Assembly (NCBI GenBank): GCA_037447435.1
Contig: JBBIGR010000008.1
Coordinates: 47,681 to 111,680 of the forward strand
Direction: 5' to 3'
Source of the DNA: Fibrobacteria bacterium
Lineage (GTDB): Bacteria > Fibrobacterota > Chitinivibrionia > Chitinivibrionales > FEN-1185
Length of the DNA stretch: 64,000 nucleotides
The notes beneath the pieces are model-generated. The model did no database searches, had not been told where the DNA came from, and worked only from the letters and a program-made list of their open reading frames with translations. Within the stretch, counting starts at the first letter, position 1, and each line of letters starts with the position of its first letter. Below are positions 1 to 9,373 of the stretch, piece after piece. A program made the translations under genes and the position numbers.

Positions 1-514
1 CGGAAAGCTTCCGTGCGGTATCGAGTTCCGACATTGCGCGCACATACTGTTGTCGTTTCATATAAACGTCTGCAGCAAGTAAGTATGGTGCAGGATCCTT
101 AAATTGTGATGAAATTTTCGCGTTATCGAGAATAATTACCGCTTCTTTTTCCTTACCGGTTGCAAGCTTCCCAAGCGCTTGGTTTACAAGAGATAAAGTG
201 GATACTTGCGTGTTGATGGATTTAACGTAAATGGAGCCCACAATAATGACCGAGGCAAGGCAACAGACGGAAACTACCAAAGAAACAATGGCAAGGACCA
301 TCGGCGTTTTAGATGAAACGACTATACGTTCCGAAACATTTTTTGCTAAGATTTTTTCAAGTTGGATAACCGAATATCCGCATTCGTTTGATTCCGGAAA
401 TTCATCAATAATTGCTTTATACAGGCGGCAGGCTTCAGTTGTCTTTCCTTCATCGTACTGCAGCCGATACGCTTTCTCGTATAATTCCAACGGAGAGTTG
501 GCGGTTTCTTTCAT
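1..514 (-). CDS. hypothetical TPR-like single-pass membrane protein (N-terminal part; gene runs off the window start)
   Basis: Absent from the ORF track because it is open at the window edge. My reverse-strand translation from ATG (514..512) reads MKETANSPLELYEKAYRLQYDEGKTTEACRLYKAIIDEFPESNECGYSVIQLEKILAKN..., then a TM-like PMVLAIVSLVVSVCCLASVIIVGSIY, then ...APYLLAADVYMKRQQYVRAMSELDTARKLS. No stop down to position 1. Its ATG overlaps the stop of the upstream ORF (ATGA). Confidence 0.45.
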   Translation of the reverse strand, partial: MKETANSPLELYEKAYRLQYDEGKTTEACRLYKAIIDEFPESNECGYSVIQLEKILAKNVSERIVVSSKTPMVLAIVSLVVSVCCLASVIIVGSIYVKSINTQVSTLSLVNQALGKLATGKEKEAVIILDNAKISSQFKDPAPYLLAADVYMKRQQYVRAMSELDTARKLS

Positions 515-843
515 CGCAGCCCTCTTTTAAAATTTTTAAGTAGAGATTTGACCTGTTTATCCGACATACTTTTAGAATCTTCAGGAGCTGGTGTATAACG
601 GCTGCAAATAAAAGAATAATCGCCCCCAAAGGATACAACGCCTGCAGTCCCCCCGGTTCGTTTAGATCGGAATTCTGGACATTTTTGTTTCATTTTACAA
701 TTGAAGCAAGATGCTTCTTTTTGTCGTTGCTGGCGATCATAACCTTTTGCCTCCAGATCCTTGTCTTTGGCATCGGATTCATAGACTCTGGCAGTTGCCC
801 TGTTTTTTTCAGCGACTTGATCATGGTCAACATAACGCTTCAT
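511..843 (-). CDS. small hypothetical Cys-containing protein (about 110 aa)
   Basis: Lies within ORF 511..921(-). The internal ATG at 843 is preceded by GGAGAA 5 nt upstream, and the product starts MKRYVDHDQVAEKN. It carries C-x2-C-x5-C (SCFNCKMKQKC) plus a later Cys. Its stop overlaps the start of the downstream gene (ATGA). No family recognised. Confidence 0.4.
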   Translation of the reverse strand: MKRYVDHDQVAEKNRATARVYESDAKDKDLEAKGYDRQQRQKEASCFNCKMKQKCPEFRSKRTGGTAGVVSFGGDYSFICSRYTPAPEDSKSMSDKQVKSLLKNFKRGLR

Positions 844-1049
844 GTGAATTCTCCTATTATAAGATACTTCAAGGATAAAATAATCTTTTACCAATGTATC
901 TACAAGCTGTGGGGAAAACAATATGAATCCAAGGTGTTCGGTAAATCATTTCTCAAATGGGAGAAATACGATCTGTCGTGGCATGGAGGGATTTTGCATC
1001 GCCGCTTCAGGCATTACAGACGATTTCCATAAAAAAAATGCAAAATAGG

Positions 1050-2096
1050 CTAAACAGAAAGGGAGTAGTGCCTTTCGGAACAAGCGCGTAACCTACGAGC
1101 TGTCTCTTCAGGCGTACTGTCGCGTTTGTCCATGAAGGCAAGTTCGTAGGCTGTCATGAAGCGTCGGCGGACGGCATTGCGTGCGAGCGGTGGCAGAAAA
1201 TGAATGTGAAAATGCCATGCAGCATCGGAAATTTTTGAACCCGCAAAGGGCTTTTGGTGAACAGCCATTGCATAGGGAAACGATGAAAAGTTAAGATTAT
1301 CTAACTTTACCGTGATTCGATGAAGCATATCGGCCATGGCAAACTTCGCATCTCTTGACATGGTGATAATGTCCGAATAATGTTTTTTTGGCAAAATTAT
1401 TGTCTCGTAAGGCCAATGTGCCCAAAACGGGACTATGGCGACACAATAATCGTTTTCAAGGATCAAGCGAGATTTCATTTTCAATTCTACTTCGACGTAC
1501 GTACACAATAAACAGGCATTATGGGAAGAAAAATATTTTTCTTGATTAATTGTTTCAATTGCTGGTACCGTAGGCACGGTCGCGCTTGAAACTATTTGAC
1601 AATGCGGATGCAGTGTGGTTCCGCCCATGAGTTCGCCGCGATTCTCGAAAATAGAGATATAGCCGGTTTCGCCAGGTATGAACATTTCCTTGTATTCATT
1701 TTCCCAAGCTTCAATAATGGTATAAATTTCTTGCGGAGTTAATAAGGACAGCGAAAGGTCATGGCGGGGTGAATAGCTTATGACGCGGCATAGCCCTTGC
1801 TCGCCGTTGGCAACAAGAACGTCACGTTCGTTCATCTTTTCCAAAGGAATATCGGGAAGAAGCATAGGGAAATCATTGTCGAAAGTAAACGGCGAGTCGT
1901 AATTTGGGTTTTTTTGGTTGCCTGCTCTCAGGTTGCCAGGGCACAATGCACATTTAGGATCAAAGGGCAAAACCGTTTGTTGCGGAGATGTATCAGGCTT
2001 GCCTTGCCATGGACGTTTCGTCCGGTGGCAAGAAACAAGTGTCCACTCACCACAAAGTGGATTATATCGCCTATGAGGAAAATCAGCCAAATTCAT
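1050..2096 (-). CDS. galT: galactose-1-phosphate uridylyltransferase
   Basis: 348 aa. Shows the Zn-site motif CALCPGN and the active-site His-Pro-His motif (TLHPHCQI) typical of class I GalT in the HIT superfamily. Length matches. Confidence 0.9.
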   Translation of the reverse strand: MNLADFPHRRYNPLCGEWTLVSCHRTKRPWQGKPDTSPQQTVLPFDPKCALCPGNLRAGNQKNPNYDSPFTFDNDFPMLLPDIPLEKMNERDVLVANGEQGLCRVISYSPRHDLSLSLLTPQEIYTIIEAWENEYKEMFIPGETGYISIFENRGELMGGTTLHPHCQIVSSATVPTVPAIETINQEKYFSSHNACLLCTYVEVELKMKSRLILENDYCVAIVPFWAHWPYETIILPKKHYSDIITMSRDAKFAMADMLHRITVKLDNLNFSSFPYAMAVHQKPFAGSKISDAAWHFHIHFLPPLARNAVRRRFMTAYELAFMDKRDSTPEETARRLRACSERHYSLSV

Positions 2097-2099
2097 AAG

Positions 2100-3344
2100 T
2101 TAATTACTTTTACAACAACGAAAGCCGATAGAGGGCTTTGCGTCTCCACCGGAACCCGGTGATACAGTTTGGCATTTTGAAAGCGGGCCACCCATTGCCG
2201 ATGCATTTTCACCTTTTTCGCGCACCCATTCAAAAACATTTCCAACCATATCGACAACACCGAATTTGCTGACACATTTATTTCGGCTTCCGGAAGTTTC
2301 AATTGAACTTGAAGTGTTGCAATTTTCTTTTTCCAAAATCCTTCCATAGGGATAGATATAGCCTTCTAATCCGCTACAAGCCCACCGCCATTCATCGGAA
2401 GAACATAGTCGTTTTCCCTGATTTTCGCAAAGAGTTTTTGCATCTGAGAAAGAAACATTGACTTGAGGCAGGGCTCCTTCCTTGTTTGGAAATTCGTATT
2501 TATCGATACAGACCTTGAAATAAGGACGATTGGCTTTGCCCGGAGGTAAATCGATAAGTATCATACCTTGTGGGCAAAACAAAGATTTTGCATATCGTTT
2601 AATTTGATCTTCTTCGCCATCTTCGGAAGTGTGTCGAAACACACGAACAACTTGATCGAAAGTATATGATGTAGCCTGAGTTCCGTTTGTCAGAATTGTG
2701 ATGCCGGGTTTGTCATCCCTTAAAATTTTTCCGATTACCAACACATTTGGTTTGGGTTTCCCTTCTTCATCGAATTCCGAGTTTTTCACGACAACAGTGT
2801 CTAGAATTTCTGTTGGGGTTTGAGAAGCTGAGGTATCAGATGTTAGTGATTTGGCCGAAACATTTCCTATTGCAATTTTATCGACTACAGAATGTGAAAT
2901 GGGTATCAAAGAACCGTCGATATCAAGCTTGATATTGTCGTTATCGATCGAAGAAAGTTTACCACGAAAAAGAATTCCGGTTTTTAGGGTAATTTCGAGG
3001 GTTACGCCGGTAGGGTTGCGCTGCGCAAGGGTCTCATAAGTGACAACTTCCGATTCGCTAAAAGCGGTAGATTGCTTTTGCTGATTTTTAAGCGGAGGTG
3101 GAGCAAGCAATGTGAAATCGGAAATCAACCCGGCATTAAATGTATAGGCATTACCTTTGCAATCAAGAATAATCGATGTGTCGGTTTTAGAATCTACCAT
3201 ACCTTCGAGCATGTCGCCGGTAGTTAAATTCATACGATAGGTTGCACCAACAGTTATTTCGTCCAAAGAATGTATGGGATAAGCAACATTTATACAGATG
3301 AAAAGTATAACTGTAAATACTCTAAAAAACTTTTGAGGAATCAT
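2100..3344 (-). CDS. secreted protein with C-terminal FGE/SUMF1-type (formylglycine-generating-enzyme fold) domain
   Basis: 414 aa with a signal-like N-terminus (FRVFTVILFICINVAYPIHS). Contains three ~35-aa internal repeats. The C-terminal domain (CIDKYEFPN...RLCSSDEWRWACSG...YPYG...GNVFEWV...GFRCCKSN) is paralogous to the C-terminus of 8282..9373. Its stop lies 3 nt from the galT start. Confidence 0.7.
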   Translation of the reverse strand: MIPQKFFRVFTVILFICINVAYPIHSLDEITVGATYRMNLTTGDMLEGMVDSKTDTSIILDCKGNAYTFNAGLISDFTLLAPPPLKNQQKQSTAFSESEVVTYETLAQRNPTGVTLEITLKTGILFRGKLSSIDNDNIKLDIDGSLIPISHSVVDKIAIGNVSAKSLTSDTSASQTPTEILDTVVVKNSEFDEEGKPKPNVLVIGKILRDDKPGITILTNGTQATSYTFDQVVRVFRHTSEDGEEDQIKRYAKSLFCPQGMILIDLPPGKANRPYFKVCIDKYEFPNKEGALPQVNVSFSDAKTLCENQGKRLCSSDEWRWACSGLEGYIYPYGRILEKENCNTSSSIETSGSRNKCVSKFGVVDMVGNVFEWVREKGENASAMGGPLSKCQTVSPGSGGDAKPSIGFRCCKSN

Positions 3345-3533
3345 ATTCTGCCTACTTTCGGATTTTTGAAAAAGCGGAATGCTTCATTGATGAGCATATT
3401 AAAATGCAAAAAGGGATGAGTTCATGTAAAGGAAAATTGACATAAACCTTAATTGATGCCTATTTCATAAAATTGTCAAATTTCCTAAACCCCTTTATAA
3501 AATTAGGGGAAAGGCTTGTAGATTTGTTTTGCA

Positions 3534-3562
3534 TTGACATTGCCTGGTTCCGTCACTTAATT
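3534..3562 (+). promoter_or_regulatory. putative sigma70-like promoter for the tRNA-tilS-ftsH unit
   Basis: TTGACA (3534..3539), a 17-nt spacer, then TTAATT (3557..3562), about 27 nt upstream of the tRNA 5' end. The -10 match is weak. Confidence 0.3.
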
Positions 3563-3589
3563 TTCTCAATGCTTTTTTGAAACAATGAT

Positions 3590-3663
3590 GCCAGCGTAGC
3601 TCAGTCGGTTAGAGCAGTGGAATCATAATCCACGTGTCCGGAGTTCGAATCTCTGCGCTGGCA
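3590..3663 (+). tRNA. tRNA with CAT anticodon (elongator tRNA-Met or lysidine-dependent tRNA-Ile2)
   Basis: A 74-nt cloverleaf folded by hand. Acceptor stem GCCAGCG/CGCTGGC (7 bp), D-arm GCTC-AGTCGGTTA-GAGC, anticodon arm GTGGA-ATCATAA-TCCAC (CAT at 3624..3626), variable loop GTGTC, T-arm CGGAG-TTCGAAT-CTCTG, discriminator A. No encoded CCA. G1-C72 is paired and the anticodon stem lacks three G-C pairs, so it is not an initiator. Confidence 0.9.
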
Positions 3664-3702
3664 TTTTCACCCCTCCCTGCAAATCTGCACATTTGTTCCG
3701 CT

Positions 3703-5079
3703 ATGCAATACGAAGGACTTTATAATGCCGTACTTGAATTTTGGCAAAGCAATGTGCCTGTTGTAAACTCACGCATTTGCGTAGCGGTGAGCGGAGGTGC
3801 CGATTCGGTAGCCTTGTTTGTCCTTTTGAAAAACCTTGCTCAAAAACTTTTGATTGCCGAACTCGGAATTGCTCATGTTAATCATAGCCTCCGCGGAATT
3901 GAATCTGATGCCGATGAATCCTTTGTTAAGAATCTTGCATCAAATTCCGGCGTTAAATATCACTGTATTACATTAGAAGGTATTCCTAAAAGCGGGATCG
4001 AAGAATGGGCTCGCAACAAAAGGTATGATTTTTTATCTTGTGTAATGCAAAAGTACAAATATGATTTTGTGGCTACAGCTCATACGGCTAACGACCAGGC
4101 CGAAACAATTCTAATGCGAATAATTCGTGGTAGCGGAGTTTTAGGGCTTTCAGCAATTGAACCAAAGCGTAGAGACCGGATAATAAGGCCGTTGCTTGAT
4201 ATTGAAAAAATCGTTCTTTTAAACTGGCTCGCCAGTCAAAACCAAGAATTTAGAGAAGATTCTACCAATGAAAATACCGCGTTTCTTCGCAATTGGGTGA
4301 GGAGAGATCTAATAACAAAACTTGTAAAAAAAGAAAAATATGCAGTTAAAAATCTCTGTGCCATAGCAAAAGACGCGAATTCCCTAAATATGGTTATAAA
4401 TGAAGAAATCAATAAATGGATATCCTGTTACGTAGTTGAAAAGACTTTGTCGAGGATAATTATTGCTAAAAAAGGGTTTTTTAACAATTCCATTTGGTCG
4501 CATGCAATGGTTTACCTATTCAGAGAAAACAGCATACTCTATGACAGAAATCATATTGAAAGTATACAGGAAAATTGTGGCAAAAACGGTAAACTTTTTC
4601 TTTTGCCGGGAACATGGTGTTATTGTGTAGCACATAAGACCTTAGAATTTACCAAACAGTTTCATAACTGTGGGTCGGAGCAACTAAATTATGAATTGGC
4701 TTTCGACAAAAAGAACGAACTCCCCTTCCGCCTCGGCGTGTTGGTTTTAGAATATCTTACTATTAATTCTGAGAATACAATGGATTTTTCTGATCGCCAA
4801 ATTGCCATTTTCGATGCTTTAAAATCTGGAAAAAACCTTATTGCTAGATTTATAAATCAAGGTGAAAAATTCTGGCCATATGGTTCAAAAAAACCTATGG
4901 ATGCAAATGAATTTTTAAAAAAGCAAAAATGTACCAGATTCGATAGAAATAATGCATTTATTGTTGCCCAAAAAGAGGGCAATATTGTTTGGATTCCCGG
5001 AAAGCGAATCGATGAAAGATATAAGGTGGATTCGAAAACAACTAATATAATAAAGATTTCATGGAAGGTCGAATCATAA
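3703..5079 (+). CDS. tilS: tRNA(Ile)-lysidine synthase
   Basis: PP-loop motif SGGADS (CVAVSGGADSVAL), a conserved TAHTANDQAETILMR block and a TilS-type C-terminal domain. I chose ATG 3703 because the longer ORF (3634) would overlap the tRNA. Confidence 0.85.
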   Translation: MQYEGLYNAVLEFWQSNVPVVNSRICVAVSGGADSVALFVLLKNLAQKLLIAELGIAHVNHSLRGIESDADESFVKNLASNSGVKYHCITLEGIPKSGIEEWARNKRYDFLSCVMQKYKYDFVATAHTANDQAETILMRIIRGSGVLGLSAIEPKRRDRIIRPLLDIEKIVLLNWLASQNQEFREDSTNENTAFLRNWVRRDLITKLVKKEKYAVKNLCAIAKDANSLNMVINEEINKWISCYVVEKTLSRIIIAKKGFFNNSIWSHAMVYLFRENSILYDRNHIESIQENCGKNGKLFLLPGTWCYCVAHKTLEFTKQFHNCGSEQLNYELAFDKKNELPFRLGVLVLEYLTINSENTMDFSDRQIAIFDALKSGKNLIARFINQGEKFWPYGSKKPMDANEFLKKQKCTRFDRNNAFIVAQKEGNIVWIPGKRIDERYKVDSKTTNIIKISWKVES

Positions 5080-5161
5080 CAGATATTATTTTCAACAGTT
5101 TGGAATTTCCCTAAACCGTAATATAATAATAGTATTGAAAAAGAATCCAGGAGGCATTTCG

Positions 5162-7258
5162 TTGTTAGAAACAGAGAAGAAAAAAGGGCAAACAAATCCT
5201 AAAAAGCCCCTTTCAAAACAAAATCAGGATAAGAGCAAGAAAAAACAAAATATGCGAGAACCATCAAGAACCGTAGCGATGTGGTTACTCATTGCGGTTG
5301 CAGTATTTGTTGGCTTACGTCTTATGGAAACAACCGGAATGAGGGAGCAGACTATTACCTACTCCCAATTCCAAACGCTTATTAATTCTCAAGATGCACG
5401 AATCGTGAAAATGGAGGTCGTTCTTAAAGGGATAAACCGTGCATCATTGCACGGGGAGGTGGCTGATGCCGCTTCGTTGACAAAAGTTCTCGGTTCAAAA
5501 AACCAGCCGGCAGTCAAAATGTTTACCGTGATACTGCCTTATATTGATTCACCCATGCTAAAAGAATGGGATGCTCGTGGTGTACAGTACACTTTTGTAC
5601 CGGAAAAAATGAATTGGGGTGATTTGGCCTGGAATACTTTGCCATGGCTCATTTTTATGGTGTTATTTTGGGTTTTCATGTTGAGACAGATGCAATCCGG
5701 GCAAAAGGGCGTGTTCTCTTTTGGAAAAAGCCGTGCAAAACTTCATGCGATGGACCGGCCACAAAACACCTTTGCGGATGCGGCAGGGCTTGATGAGGCA
5801 AAAGCGGAACTTGAAGAAATCATTGAATTTCTTAAAAATCCTCAAAAGTTCAAACGGCTAGGTGGAAAAATTCCAAAAGGCGTTTTGTTGCTCGGGCCGC
5901 CGGGTACAGGAAAAACTCTTTTGGCTCGTTGTGTTGCAGGTGAGGCGGGAGTTCCATTTTTATCAATGAGCGGTTCGGATTTTGTCGAGATGTTTGTCGG
6001 TGTCGGCGCATCTCGGGTGCGGGACCTGTTCGAGACAGCAAAGCGAAATTCACCCTGCATTATTTTCATTGACGAAATAGACGCCGTTGGCCGTCAGCGC
6101 GGAGCGGGGCTTGGAGGAGGTCATGATGAACGAGAACAAACACTTAATCAAATTCTTGTCGAAATGGACGGGTTTGAAGTTAATTCTGGCGTTATCCTTA
6201 TAGCTGCAACCAACCGTCCCGATGTTTTGGATCCTGCACTTTTGCGACCGGGGCGATTCGACCGCCAGATCGTTGTTGATGTGCCTGATATTAAAGGGAG
6301 GGAAGGCATACTAAAGGTACACGTGAAAAACGTTCCCCTTGCCCCTGACGTCAATCTCCTTGTTATTGCAAAAGGGACTCCGGGGTTTGTCGGAGCGGAT
6401 CTTGCGAACTTAGTTAATGAAGCTGCGCTTATGGCTGCCCGATTCGGACAAGAAAAGGTTACAATGCTTGACTTTGAGGAGTCAAAAGACAAAGTCCTTA
6501 TGGGCGTTGAACGTAAGAGTATGGTTTTGTCGGACATCGAAAAAAAGAACACGGCTTATCATGAAGCGGGGCATGCAATATGTAATTTGCATTGTCCCGC
6601 ATCGGACCCATTGCACAAGGTTACCATTATTCCTCGTGGTCGTGCTCTTGGGGTGACGTTTTCATTGCCTGATGAAGACAGGCATAGTTATTCGAAGGAT
6701 TTCCTTATCGATCGCATATGTATTGCCATGGGTGGTCGTGTTGCAGAAGAAATTGTTTTCAATGCAATGACAACCGGGGCTTCGAACGATATTAAACAGG
6801 CAACTAATCTTGTACGTAAATTGATATGCGATTATGGAATGACGCCCGAATTGGGGCCGTTATCCTACGGTGAAAAAGACGAACAAATTTTCCTGGGTCG
6901 TGAGTTCAATAGACATCGCGATTATTCTGAAAAAACTGCGGAAGTAATTGATTCTCTAATGCGGCGTCTTGTTGAGGAGCAATATGCAAGAGCAAAGACG
7001 ATTTTAACGGAACACCGAGATGAGCTTGACAAGCTTGCAAGTGCTTTATTGGAGTATGAATTGCTCGATCGGGAAGATATCCTCAAAATCATTAAAGGGG
7101 AATTGCTTGAAACGCCGAAAAAAACTAGGTCGGTTATCAAACAGCCGATAAAAATCGAAAAAACAATTCTTCAGGAAAATACTGAAGATACGCCGAACGT
7201 ATCCAAAGAGGATCCGAAAGAGACAGAGGGTGATTCATCTAAACCCAGTCAAGGGTAA
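5162..7258 (+). CDS. ftsH: ATP-dependent zinc metalloprotease FtsH
   Basis: Walker [12 protein letters not shown], an AAA+ SRH region, the Zn-protease motif HEAGHA and two N-terminal TM segments. The start is uncertain. TTG 5162 has AGGAGG (5149..5154) 7 nt upstream; the ORF opens at TTG 5135 and an ATG lies at 5252. Confidence 0.93.
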   Translation: MLETEKKKGQTNPKKPLSKQNQDKSKKKQNMREPSRTVAMWLLIAVAVFVGLRLMETTGMREQTITYSQFQTLINSQDARIVKMEVVLKGINRASLHGEVADAASLTKVLGSKNQPAVKMFTVILPYIDSPMLKEWDARGVQYTFVPEKMNWGDLAWNTLPWLIFMVLFWVFMLRQMQSGQKGVFSFGKSRAKLHAMDRPQNTFADAAGLDEAKAELEEIIEFLKNPQKFKRLGGKIPKGVLLLGPPGTGKTLLARCVAGEAGVPFLSMSGSDFVEMFVGVGASRVRDLFETAKRNSPCIIFIDEIDAVGRQRGAGLGGGHDEREQTLNQILVEMDGFEVNSGVILIAATNRPDVLDPALLRPGRFDRQIVVDVPDIKGREGILKVHVKNVPLAPDVNLLVIAKGTPGFVGADLANLVNEAALMAARFGQEKVTMLDFEESKDKVLMGVERKSMVLSDIEKKNTAYHEAGHAICNLHCPASDPLHKVTIIPRGRALGVTFSLPDEDRHSYSKDFLIDRICIAMGGRVAEEIVFNAMTTGASNDIKQATNLVRKLICDYGMTPELGPLSYGEKDEQIFLGREFNRHRDYSEKTAEVIDSLMRRLVEEQYARAKTILTEHRDELDKLASALLEYELLDREDILKIIKGELLETPKKTRSVIKQPIKIEKTILQENTEDTPNVSKEDPKETEGDSSKPSQG

Positions 7259-7301
7259 TTTTTTTTTTCGGTCAAAGCAAATAAGTGAACATTGCTTCAT
7301 T

Positions 7302-7334
7302 AACAGGCACACTTTTATAGTGTGCCTGTTTTTT
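7302..7334 (+). terminator. rho-independent terminator after ftsH
   Basis: AACAGGCACAC-TTTTATA-GTGTGCCTGTT forms an 11-bp stem with a 7-nt loop and runs into a T6 tract. Confidence 0.7.
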
Positions 7335-7381
7335 GAAATGGATGTTAATCGTTCAAACTGCTGAAAGAGACAAAATCAGGG

Positions 7382-8194
7382 ATGCATCCTGTACTTGAAA
7401 AACGTTTTTCTGTACTTGGCATTGTAAACGTCACTCCAGACTCGTTTTTTGACGGCGGAAAATATGCAACGACAAAACAGGCTGTTGATCACGGACTATC
7501 TCTTGCAAATGATGGTGCCGATATTCTTGATATCGGCGGTGAGTCGACTCGGCCGGGAGCAAAGCAGCTTAGTGTTGAAGAAGAACTGGCAAGAGTTATT
7601 CCCGTTGTATCGGCCTTATCAAAACTCATTCAAATTCCCCTTTGCGTCGATACGACAAAAGCCGCTGTTGCTGAAGCAGCAATAGAATCTGGTGCTACTT
7701 GGATCAACGACATAAGCGCTGGTCGCTTCGATTCGCGCATGCCCTGTGTAATTGCCAAGAATCAATGTGCAATCATCCTAATGCATAGTAGACATATCCC
7801 CGAAACAATGCAAAAGGCACCAATTTATAAAAACGTCATTTCCGAAGTTTCTGCCGAATTGCTCCAAAGCGTCGACCTTTTTTGTTCCGCTGGCGTTTTA
7901 CGCGAAAACATTTTGCTTGATCCGGGGTTAGGATTTGCGAAACGTCTTGAAGACAATGTGACAATTCTTTCAAAATGCGAAAAATTTGTATCACTGGGAT
8001 TTCCTCTTTGTATAGGTGCCTCCAGAAAATCGTTTATTGGGTTTATCACACAACGAGAGGCCGCAGATAGACTTCCTGGTAGCCTGGCATGTGTTGCAGC
8101 AGCATTTTATAAAGGTGCCCAAATATTTAGGGTACATGACGTGAAAGAAACTGTGGATTTATTGACCATGCTCGAGGCAATTAGGGATCATTAA
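7382..8194 (+). CDS. folP: dihydropteroate synthase
   Basis: 270 aa with the motifs GIVNVTPDSFFDGG and DIGGESTRPG and a pterin-binding barrel signature. Confidence 0.9.
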   Translation: MHPVLEKRFSVLGIVNVTPDSFFDGGKYATTKQAVDHGLSLANDGADILDIGGESTRPGAKQLSVEEELARVIPVVSALSKLIQIPLCVDTTKAAVAEAAIESGATWINDISAGRFDSRMPCVIAKNQCAIILMHSRHIPETMQKAPIYKNVISEVSAELLQSVDLFCSAGVLRENILLDPGLGFAKRLEDNVTILSKCEKFVSLGFPLCIGASRKSFIGFITQREAADRLPGSLACVAAAFYKGAQIFRVHDVKETVDLLTMLEAIRDH

Positions 8195-8281
8195 ACCCGG
8201 TTGTTGCGGATGTATTACCGGAATCTGTCTAATTTGCGAAAAAATCCAAATTCATGATTAAACCTTTTTAAAGAATAGACA

Positions 8282-9373
8282 ATGGCTGAAAAAAGGAATA
8301 AAATTATCATCATAAGCGTAATGATATTACTCGTGCTTTGCATCGGGCTATTCTTCCTACTGTTACAAAGGGCAAAACAGTTTACAGAAGCGGTTAAACC
8401 CCCTAAGCTAAGCATACAAAAGGGTTTAAATATTGTGGCATCCTCTACTAAAAGTCGGGACACATCTCATGTGAGTATTGCACCCGTAAATAAACCGCAT
8501 AAACAAAAACCGAGTATGGAATTGCCAGTAGTTTCGATACCCGACACCGGCAAAGGAGTAGTGAAACCCGACACGGCAATTCCGATTTCGAATGCAATAT
8601 CTTCACCCTGCGCCGGAGATACGATAGCGCCCTGGGTGTTTCCCGATCCTTCTGGAGGATTGCACCGAAAGCAGGTAAACGTTACTCTTGAATCAACAAA
8701 AAATCCCTGTGTCATAGAATGGAAAACCGATTCTGCCGGTTTATGGCAACCATACCAGAAACCTATTTCTATCAAAATGACCACTTCGCTTTTTTTTCGT
8801 GCTCACGATTCATGCGGAAATGTCATGGCGCCAAGGCAGGAAAAATATGAAATTGACTTGACTCAACCCCTGAAATTTTGTCCCGAAAATATGGAATATG
8901 TCAAAGCAGGGCAAACCGCATTTTGCATAGACAAATACGAATGGCCGGACAAAAAAGGCGTTATCCCGCAAACATATATATCGTTGTACCAAGCAATGGA
9001 TTCCTGCGTGGCAGCAGCAAAACATCTTTGCAGTTCCGACGAATGGACCTTGGCTTGCACCGGACCATATGGTTGGCAATACCCCTATGGCGATTCATAT
9101 GAAAGGCATGCCTGCGTAACACATGATACGGTTGCGAGACCGTCGGGCAGCAAGCCCGAATGCAGGGGATATTTTGATGTCTACGATATGTCGGGTAATT
9201 GCGCGGAATGGACAAGTACCCGTTCAAGTATTAACAGACAATTTTTCAATGTAAAGGGCGGGTTTTGGGAAAGCGGTCCGCGAAGCGGCTGTTTTGAAAC
9301 CAGATACAGTTATTATCCGCAAAATAGGCACAACCCGGTAGGTTTCCGATGTTGTAAAGAGGCTGCGCAATGA
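8282..9373 (+). CDS. membrane-anchored protein with a chitobiase/FN3-like middle domain and a C-terminal FGE/SUMF1-type domain
   Basis: 363 aa with an N-terminal TM (IIIISVMILLVLCIGLFFLLL). Middle segment DTIAPWVFPDPSGG...VTLES...FFRAHDSCGN resembles the CHB_HEX_C-like pattern. C-terminal segment CIDKYEWPD...HLCSSDEWTLACTG...YPYG...GNCAEWT...GFRCCK. Stop overlaps the start of the next gene (ATGA at 9370..9373). Confidence 0.65.
   Translation: MAEKRNKIIIISVMILLVLCIGLFFLLLQRAKQFTEAVKPPKLSIQKGLNIVASSTKSRDTSHVSIAPVNKPHKQKPSMELPVVSIPDTGKGVVKPDTAIPISNAISSPCAGDTIAPWVFPDPSGGLHRKQVNVTLESTKNPCVIEWKTDSAGLWQPYQKPISIKMTTSLFFRAHDSCGNVMAPRQEKYEIDLTQPLKFCPENMEYVKAGQTAFCIDKYEWPDKKGVIPQTYISLYQAMDSCVAAAKHLCSSDEWTLACTGPYGWQYPYGDSYERHACVTHDTVARPSGSKPECRGYFDVYDMSGNCAEWTSTRSSINRQFFNVKGGFWESGPRSGCFETRYSYYPQNRHNPVGFRCCKEAAQ

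Noticed and set aside
231-1032. Plus-strand ORFs 231..530 (99 aa) and 685..1032 (115 aa) from the ORF track.
   Set aside because: They lie antisense to better-supported minus-strand genes, which have an SD-preceded start, ATGA coupling and sensible domain content. The plus-strand products are low-complexity with no recognisable motifs, so they are most likely shadow ORFs.
3634-3702. 5' extension of the tilS ORF (MSGVRISALAFSPLPANLHICSA...).
   Set aside because: It would overlap the 3' half of a well-folding tRNA gene (3590..3663). The internal ATG at 3703 gives a normal TilS N-terminus.
5135-5161. ftsH start at TTG 5135, as in the ORF track.
   Set aside because: No SD lies upstream of it, whereas AGGAGG sits 7 nt before the in-frame TTG at 5162. 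This is not excluded, only judged less likely.
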